Positions 55,901 to 64,000 of a DNA stretch of 64,000 nt are shown here, in pieces. The notes beneath the pieces were generated by a model. That model was not told where the DNA came from and did no database searches. It worked only from the letters and a program-made list of their open reading frames with translations. The DNA comes from Octopus sinensis (Eukaryota): contig NC_043001.1 in the NCBI RefSeq assembly GCF_006345805.1, positions 58,156,001-58,220,000 on the forward strand, written 5' to 3'. Each line of letters begins with the position of its first letter. The stretch's first letter is position 1. Made by a program: the position numbers and the translations under genes.

Positions 55901-56209
55901 TTTCGAGATATGCTAAATGTCAGTCATCGTTTTTTCCAGCGTTCCTTCCACGTCCGTCTGACTTGCTGTCTCTGACGAATTATGCTTATGGAAATACAGT
56001 TTTCTTGTCTTTCTGCCCGTGAATTTTCCCGTCTTATAAGTAATTGCGGCCTGGGCCAGATATATGTCTTTTTGTATGGTACCATCTTATAGTTCCGTGC
56101 ATTTAACGACCTTGGCAGGGGATATTCTCTGCACATTTGTAAACTCCACGAAAAGAAAAGGGTGATCTGTGCAGACTTTCGTGACCCATCATATAATGCT
56201 TAAATAAAA

Positions 56210-57170
56210 AAAGACTTAGTCGGTCTCATTTTTGCTGTTATATTCAAAAAGCTTTGTCGAGAAAGACGTTACTGCCACGTGTTGCTGCAGCTTAGTATTA
56301 ATGTCATAATAAACCGAATTAAAAGCCAAAAGCGCCGCAGACATAAGACCTTCCTTAACACCTGCTTCATGGAATTACCACATTTCAATGAAAGCATAAC
56401 TACAACAATTCGTAGAGTCATACGCAACGAAGGACTAGACATACAATTAGCATATTCCGGCCCCTCTCTGCGCGGATAGCTGAATAAAAAGCAATCTTGA
56501 GACAACAATCAATGATCATAAACTAACTCTCCTAACCGTGATACAGGTATGTGCCAGCGGACACATGCAGTATACCGAATAGAATGCAACGAATGTAAGG
56601 CGTTTTATATAGGCAGCACAACTCGAACTTTGCAAACTAGAATTAAGGAACATCTCAGCACACATCTCCCCATTCAGAAATCACATTGATAAATGTAAAA
56701 ATAACAAACAAATTAAAACCAGTACTGAAGCCAATGATAGAAACCTCGGCAACTTAAGAATTAAGGAAGCTTTGATTATCTATAAATTAAACCCACAAAT
56801 AAATAATAGATTGGATCTTAGCACGCAATACAGAACATGGCATACACGCACAGGCACATTTGCTACATATTAGAAAAGACGTGATGAAAATTGATTTGAG
56901 GAGCGATAATTTAATAACTGACGTTACTAATATTCACAAGGAAGAGAAACGCAAGAAAATTCAAATATAATCATAGAATTATTTTATCTCCGACAAAAAA
57001 ACATCATACCAAGGACAGTTCCTTTTTAACCCCGAAGAAGGGACTTGTATGTCCCGAAATATTGTATATATATAAGACCAAAGATTACCAGGTAACTTAC
57101 TTTTAGTTTATGTTACCTCTTCTTACATAATCTATTTTCATTGTTTGGCCTTTTAAATCTTTTAACATTA
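56210..57170 (+). mobile_element. Penelope-like element 3' part (linker, GIY-YIG, pLTR)
   Basis: LPHFNESITTTIRRVIRNEGLDIQLAYSGPSL, then VYRIECNECKAFYIGSTTRTLQTRIKEH…LRIKEALIIYKLNPQIN (GIY-YIG). A hammerhead-like motif lies downstream at 57032-57063. Confidence 0.9.
57028..57066 (+). ncRNA. degenerate minimal hammerhead ribozyme
   Basis: CCGAAGA-A-GGGAC-TTGTAT-GTCCC-GAAA-TATT-G. Perfect 5-bp stem II and palindromic AATATT stem III. Core U4 is replaced by C and stem I is poor. Confidence 0.5.
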
Positions 57171-57184
57171 TCTTTTTATTTTCA

Positions 57185-58680
57185 CTCAACTTTTTTCTGA
57201 ACCTTTCACTCGCCTCCCATTTCGACACCCTCACCACTCTCCTTGTTCACTTCTTCACTTCTCTGTAGCGATCATTAGCCTCTCCATCCCCTTTCTGCAA
57301 CCACTCTTCAAAGGCCTTTTCTTCTCTGCCACTGCTTCCGTTACCTGCCCATTCCACCACTCACTACCTTCCCTCACTCCCATTCCAAACACTGTACCAT
57401 ATACATGAGAGGCATATCTCATTACTGCCTCTCTAAAAGCCTTCCACTCCTCCTCCAATCTCCTACCTCCCCTTCTTTAACCTGTTCATATTCACCTCTC
57501 ACTTTCACTACATACGCTTGCTCCTTACGTCTCCTTTCCAGTTCTCACAGCGTCGTAACACCTCTCCTCCCTGCCACTCGTCTAGCATTACATTTTGAGC
57601 ACTCCTTATCTTGTACTAAGAAGTGATCTGACACTCTTCCACCTTTATCTCTCATACACCAAACTTTCTACCACACTTTTATCAATTAATATATTGTCCA
57701 TCAAGTTCCTATTCACTACTGTTCATCCCTCTACTCTCGACCACGTGAACTTATTCTCCTCCCACTTTTTGAAAAGACTATTCCCCACAACCAACTCCTG
57801 CTCTATACAAACTTCCAAGAACCTCCTTCCACTCTCATTCCAGTTAGGAACTCCACATTTTACTACTACATGTTCTACTTCCTCATTTCCCACTCGCGCA
57901 TTCAAATCACCCAAGCCACCACATAACCAGTTTTTTCTCACCCCATCCACTCACACTGTCACTTCCCTCGAGAACCACTCTACTTCTTTCACTCTCTGGA
58001 CCATATGTACTAAAACACACACACATCTCTCCTCCCCACCTCATCTTAACCCACATTAAGCTTCAAGATATTTCCCTCCACTCTATTACACTCTTCTTCA
58101 CACGCTCAGTCATCAGCAATGTGGCTCCCCCACGAACGCTCTCCCTCTCACTCCAGACACTCGTTCAGTCTCATCCCCAAACTGATACTACCCCTTATCT
58201 TTCAGCACGTCCATCATCATTATTACACTCCCTCCTCTCGTCTTTATCTCACTTGTTCTACATCCACGCACAATCCATGACTCTAGTACTAGTGTGAGAT
58301 TTGGTGCTAACCTTCTCTCAACTCTTGTCTTTTTCTTGCCGTCGATTTAGGATCATGGGTTTACTAGGAGAGGACTCCCAGTCATTTCGCTCCTGCCCGT
58401 TTTAGTGGTTCACACAGGGAATCCGGCGATTCTAATGACCTCCCCTACCCCAATGACAGGGGTTTGCTCGTTAACCCATACCTGAGACCCTTACAGGTGC
58501 TATCACTCATGGCCAGTTCCACACTCCTGAAACCCTAAAACTAGGGCCCGAGGGTCACACTACTTTATAGATTATACTCATACCCGGGTTTTTGATGTAT
58601 CACGATAATCCCTAGCAATCCTTGTCCCAATTCGTCAGCGATGAAACCTACAACAGACGCTTGTGCCTTGGTCTCATCCG
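57185..58680 (-). mobile_element. RTE-clade LINE 5' part (5' UTR + APE endonuclease), decayed
   Basis: LGDLNARVG, NESGRRFLEVC, GNSLFKK…KFTWSR, SDHFLV and EEWKAFREAV…GSEWWNGQV on the minus strand. Confidence 0.85.
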
Positions 58681-59104
58681 CAATTAGTATGTATGTCCAA
58701 TATTATTTGTTTTTTAGTTCATTTTTTCCTTGGAACTATCATTATAAGTGAGAAAGTTTGGCGCTTGGATTTATTAGAGTCCGTTGACTACTGCAATTGA
58801 ATGGTAAATTTGTAACCGTAACTAGATACATAAAAGTTAAGATCGATCTTTTAATTTTTATTTTTAGACAAGAACAGAAAATTGAGGAAAGTAACGAAGT
58901 ATATATGTCAATCATACTGAAAATCCTTACTATTTTTATGATATACATACTGTAGAACGGGTAGTAGATAGAGGAAATTCTTACGCCCCTTTATATGTTC
59001 GAATGCTCAATTTTGTCTTCAGGTGTCAGACGTTCTTTTAAATATTGGACTAATATAAATCAATAAATGCGATGTCTCATGAGAACGCTTATTTTCATTT
59101 GTAT

Positions 59105-59551
59105 TTATGTTTTATTCCTTCTATATTTCCTCACAGTAATACAGATTAAAACCAGGCTTTCAAGTACTAATAAAGTAGCCGGATATATCATTGTTGTTGC
59201 TTGTGTTAAAGTCATTTCGTTGTTGCTGGTGTATGGAGCCCGGTAGTGAATGACAGCGAGAAAGCCATTAGTTTGACCATTACAATCTATAAACACTCTC
59301 ACTTTATTTGGCAAGCATAACTTCCTCAAGAAGAAGTTACACATTTCTAGTGCTGTTATGACTTTTCAGTCACGACTAACGTACAGAACAATTGAGACGC
59401 TATACAATGTTACAAAATCACAATTGTTTCTTCAATGATCTAACTAACCTGTGCTGATTATTACCACGGCTAAAGAAGAAAGCATTATTATTAATACACT
59501 GCATGCAAGAAAGCATTTAACCGCCGCCAATAAAAATCGCTGGACATGTAC
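59105..59551 (-). CDS. candidate two-exon hydrophobic coding segment (59449-59551 and 59105-59286)
   Basis: Exon ends AGCACAG|GTTAGT and the next starts gtgtttatAG|ATTGT. The joined frame is open, with two hydrophobic stretches ending …LVLICITVRKYRRNKT*. Confidence 0.2.
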
Positions 59552-60834
59552 CTAACTTAGGAACAGTGATTTTCGTTTTTGGTGTTGCCGTTTACCATTA
59601 ATGTCGTTTTGTAGCTGTAATTGCCTTTATTACGGTATACAGCAGTTAACGCAAGTAATGTAGATGTGCTTTTCAGCGGAAGGTGACTTTTTTCTCAGAT
59701 AACCTTATGGAATGTGACTTTTCACAATAAGAAAAACATTTCGGGATTTTCATACGTCTAATATATTATCTGGAATTGGCAAAACTGGTTTCCTGTTAAC
59801 TATCACTGAATACATATTTGATGTAAATCAAAAATTGCAAACTTATCTGTATTTTAGAGGCAGTAAGTGCTTATCACAATGGAGATATATTATCAAGAAG
59901 TTTTTATATATGTTTTCTTTTTCAATTATTTTTAAATACCGACCTTTCATGGTAATAAAATACCAAATAAATAAATACTAGGAGATCCAACAATTGTTGA
60001 GAAACAAAATTTGGTGAAAAGGTTAATTGAAATGGTAAAATGGTACAGAATATAATGAAGGCATAACTAACAGAATAGCATTTTTCTAACTGTAGATGAA
60101 TGGAGGTAGTGATGCATATCCAGGGATATGAATTTTGTTAATATTTGATGTTGTAAAATGTATTAAATTTATCTCGGATATTTAATGGAATAAAGGTAAG
60201 GGAACTGATTTCAAATTCGTAGCAGAAAACAAGTTGAATTTACATAAATCCTCGAAAGTAAAATTAGGATGTATTATGTAGCTGATTTCTGAAAGGAACT
60301 ACAATTTCTGAATAGAAACATTGGAGGCTGTAGCGTGTGATTATTATCTAAGATTGATCATGAGGACAAACTGGAAACAAACTGGTGATGCACTTTAGAC
60401 GTCTATCTATACTCAGTATTCGATTTTATTCAACTTGGCATCAGGTCATCGCTACTTTAGCGTACAACAACGACGTCAGATCACTGGGCTGTGAAAACTT
60501 GATTCCGTGAGAGATTTTGCATAATGTATTTAATTTTATACTAGTTATTTCTTCAAATAAAGGAAAATATATCCTACTCTTTTCAACAGAAAGCTTACCA
60601 AAAATAATAGGTATTTTGAGGATAAGAAAAATTGAATGTAAATAAAATTACAGGCCATACCAATAGGCTTGATATACAGAAAACAGCAATGATAGTTGCT
60701 ACAAATACATTGTGTGAAGACACTTCAGAAATTCAGGAAGAGAAAAACCAAGTTAAACCATAGAAATGCAGTGAAAGCAACCATTAAAAATATGACTATT
60801 GACAACCACTAATAACATTAAACAATTCTAGTAC

Positions 60835-60990
60835 AGGTATAAAACCCGAAAATTTAGAAGACGGGTCGAGTTCATGATATCGACTCAGTACTCAACCTGT
60901 ACTTACTTTATGAACCACGAACAAATAAAACACAAGTCGAAATCAGCGAGATAATCAGAACATAAAGACAGATGAACTTTGGCAAAATAT
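60835..60990 (-). mobile_element. SINE remnant (34476 family)
   Basis: Degenerate reverse-complement match to the TAAAGTAAGTAC…GAGTACTGAGTCGAT core. Confidence 0.45.
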
Positions 60991-60999
60991 CTTGAAGCA

Positions 61000-61915
61000 A
61001 CAAACAATTGGATGCTAAAACTCGTTGAAAACCATGCAGGACTTAAAAAGCTTCACTCTGTTATGAAGGAGAGCAGGTGAGTTTATGCATAATACCCAGG
61101 TTGAAGAACATGATGGAACTACAGTAACTGTTGTTGTAAAGAAGGTTATATCAGCAGCAAAGCAAGATGCGTTTGCACAATTGGCTGATAGGTGGGAACA
61201 AAAACCTCTGCGTAGCAAACATGTGGACAGTGGCAAACAAGCGGATGTAGAATAGAAGCACACCCATTGGTGTCTACGGAGCTCAAGGCTAAAGGCAGAG
61301 AGTAAAGGTTTTATCTTGGCTTATTGTTCCGGAACTATCAAACCAATGTCATGAAAAATGGAGTAGACCCAAACTGCCGATAGTGCAACGATGAGATAGA
61401 AACACTGGATTATCTAATCTATGGTTTTAAGCTTTTAGCACCTATAGAGTACAAATCGAGACATGGCAGAGCTCACCAGTATCTACATTGGATAATATGT
61501 CGGCATTATAAAATGAAAGCTGCTGACAAATGGTAAAAGCACCACTCTTAGGCCGTAACCAAGGGAGAAAATGTAACTATTCTTTGGGACTTCCCATTAT
61601 GTACAGACCGGGTCATTAATGCAAAAAAAAAAGATATTGTTGTGAAAGACCACAACAATAAAGCTTGTTTTTTGATTAACATGAGCATACACTGTAACCA
61701 TAATATCTTTGCAAAAGAATTTGATAATCGAAATCGAAAATATGCGGCATCTCAAAACGGTTACAATACCAGTGATTGTAGGAGCACTTCGAACGATCCA
61801 AAAATGAACTAAAATTTATTTAAGAATGATCTCCGGTTTAGCAGCCATGTAGGAAATGCAACAGATTGTCTTAACTGGTACCTCACATGTATTGAGAAAA
61901 GCACTGTCGCTGTGA
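61000..61915 (+). mobile_element. decayed R4/Dong C-terminus (CCHC + RLE)
   Basis: WEQKPL, LKAESKGFILA, RNYQTNVMKNG.DPNCR*C..EIETLD, TILWDFP…KDIVVKD, VIVGAL and TGTSHVLRKALSL. Confidence 0.85.
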
Positions 61916-62825
61916 ATTTTTTCCTCCACTCCTCATTTTATTTGTTTGCTTTCTTATTTTGTATTTTTTCTTTTTTCTCTCTAACATGTTAACATGACTT
62001 TGTAAATGAACAATATGGTGTGTTTATTTTAATGACCTGCCAATATACACAGTACCCTTCTCTGCCGAAGGTGTCAGGAATACACTCGGCAAGAAATAGA
62101 AACAGAATCGAAAGGAGATGCTAATGAAAATAGCAACAATGAATAAATAAATGAATAAAATAATGCATGCACATGTGAGCATTGTAAATAAAATGCAAGA
62201 TTCTGAACATTTTGCTTCGGATTAATAAATCTTAGTAATCTGTGAAAAGAGTTATTAGTAATCACCTTTTTCACGACTTATACGAAAATTTCGAAAGATT
62301 TGAAAGGTACTGAATGACAAAACTAGATACGTTGAATAATTTTCAACTTACCCTCATAAAACGAGCACTAACGTCTTAACATTTGGTATACAATTTATTG
62401 CAATAACTACATTGCTTCATATAAAAATATACATTTGGATCATACTCATATTATAGATTATTTAGGAAATCACATATCATTCTTGCAGATAACTCAAAGG
62501 ATATATTTCCTGTGTGAATATGCCATTTTTAATCCAGTCAATATCATTTCGTTTACGAATTACTCTACTGAATACGTTGAGCTACATTTACCGACAATGA
62601 AACATTGCTTTGATTCCAAAACAGTCATTTGGCGACAATAAATATTTCCTTAACAATTTCCATCCTTCACGAGCATACATGAAACAAAAATATTTCTTCA
62701 TTGATTACATTAGTCTAACGGCTGTAAAATCCTTTGCTTATTTGAAATATTATACAACTAATTATATCAGGACATTAAGAATTAACTATCCGATTGTGAA
62801 CTTAAAGCTTATTTAACTCTTTCTC

Positions 62826-63903
62826 AATGCGGGTAATCAAACTATGCCCCAAAAGTATTAACACAAATTTGCCATTTTATCTGTAGCTTATTTATGCCGG
62901 CAGCGAAGGATTCTGGAGAGCAATAGGTGAAAAATTCACGAGAGGCTGTTTTTTGTATCTTTTTCAGATTTGAAGTTTTTCCTTGCAAAATGTGGTCTAA
63001 TACCTGGAAGACGTGATAGTCAGTTGGTGCAAGGTCTAGTGAATATGGAGGATAACATATGACTTCGAAGCTCAGTTCCTGTAATTCGAGTAGCGTTCTT
63101 TGTGCAACATATTGTCGAGCATTATCTATTCACCAATCTCGGTTGTTTACTTGTAAATTCACTCATTATTTCATACAATTGGTTCATATATACATTTAAT
63201 TGATTTACCAAATCCCATGAAGCTGTAGTGGATAACACCATCGCTGGAACATCAAACAGATACCATTAGCACTTCGTCTCTATTCACACAGCATGCAGAA
63301 CGATTGCTATTTTTGAAAATAATCCATTTGTCATTACACGTACAATTGCGATGCAAAAATGGTTCGCGTTTATATCGTGGCACAAAGAACAGCATTTGAG
63401 GCTTTTTCAGTTCATGTGTTACCCACTTATCCAGCTTCTTTACCTTGCCGATTTGTTTCAGATGGACCAATACAGCTGGAATGAAAACATCAAACCTTGC
63501 TGCTAACACACGCGTAGTTTGAGAGGAATCCGCTTCTACCACAGTTTCCAGTTTACCATTATTCACCTTGATCTGAAGTCTCCTACAGGGCTGATTTTCA
63601 AGAGTAAAGTCACCAAACCGTAACTTCTCAAACCATCCACGAACAGCGCATATGCCACATATTCACGAAACCCCTCATCGATATTTTGAGAGCTGTCTGG
63701 ACTGCATTGTTTCCCGGACGGAACTCATACTCATAAACAATGCATATTTTTTATCTATCCATCGGTTCACCAAAATGATTTACAAGAGAAAACACACAAT
63801 ACAATCAGACACCATGAATTACATTTCGAAAAGTGGCGATTTTATAAAGTGGCGATTTTATAAAGCAAAAATTGTTAGGTCATTAAGAATGAATGACCCG
63901 ATA
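62826..63903 (-). mobile_element. decayed mariner (DD34D) element
   Basis: LKQIGKVKKLDKWVTHEL, CNDKWI, DNARQYVA and YPPYSLDLAPTDYHVF on the minus strand. Degenerate TIR-like ends near 62826 and 63903. Confidence 0.85.
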
Positions 63904-64000
63904 TATCAGTAATCTTAAATCTACTACAAATTTACACAACGAACAGAAACAAACTACATTCAGATTATCATTTACAAGGCAGTTCAAATTATTTAACTTC

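Noticed and set aside
58370-58680. Possible HDV-like ribozyme in the RTE 5' UTR (GCGAA followed by ATGAC pairing with GTCAT; hairpin GATGAGACC/GGTTTCATC)
   Set aside because: The nested double pseudoknot (P1, P1.1, P3/L3) could not be completed; only simple hairpins fold.

Overview
This is AT-rich, microsatellite-dense eukaryotic DNA made mostly of decayed and nested transposable elements. The SINE families and the (TA)n/(AAT)n density point to an octopus or other cephalopod genome (inference). No intact cellular gene, rRNA, genuine tRNA or CRISPR array can be supported. Recognisable elements are: many R4/Dong-clade LINEs (RT plus restriction-like endonuclease), including one near-complete copy at 23031-26930 with a few frameshifts; two L1/Tx1 remnants; two RTE remnants; Penelope-like (GIY-YIG) elements; a Helitron fragment; Tc1, mariner and Tigger/pogo transposons; several tRNA-derived SINEs; and a MITE. 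The best leads are four. (1) A type I hammerhead ribozyme fold with an intact core at 13514-13564, plus degenerate minimal hammerheads at about 27479, 30612 and 57032. (2) A ~250-bp near-perfect hairpin at the truncated 5' end of a Penelope-like element (10193-10704). (3) An apparent (AAT)n-targeting system of R4/Dong LINEs plus a non-coding ~550-bp partner element in three copies. (4) Unassigned decayed reading frames and low-confidence candidate host exons. All protein-family calls come from motif recognition by eye, and most element boundaries are approximate.
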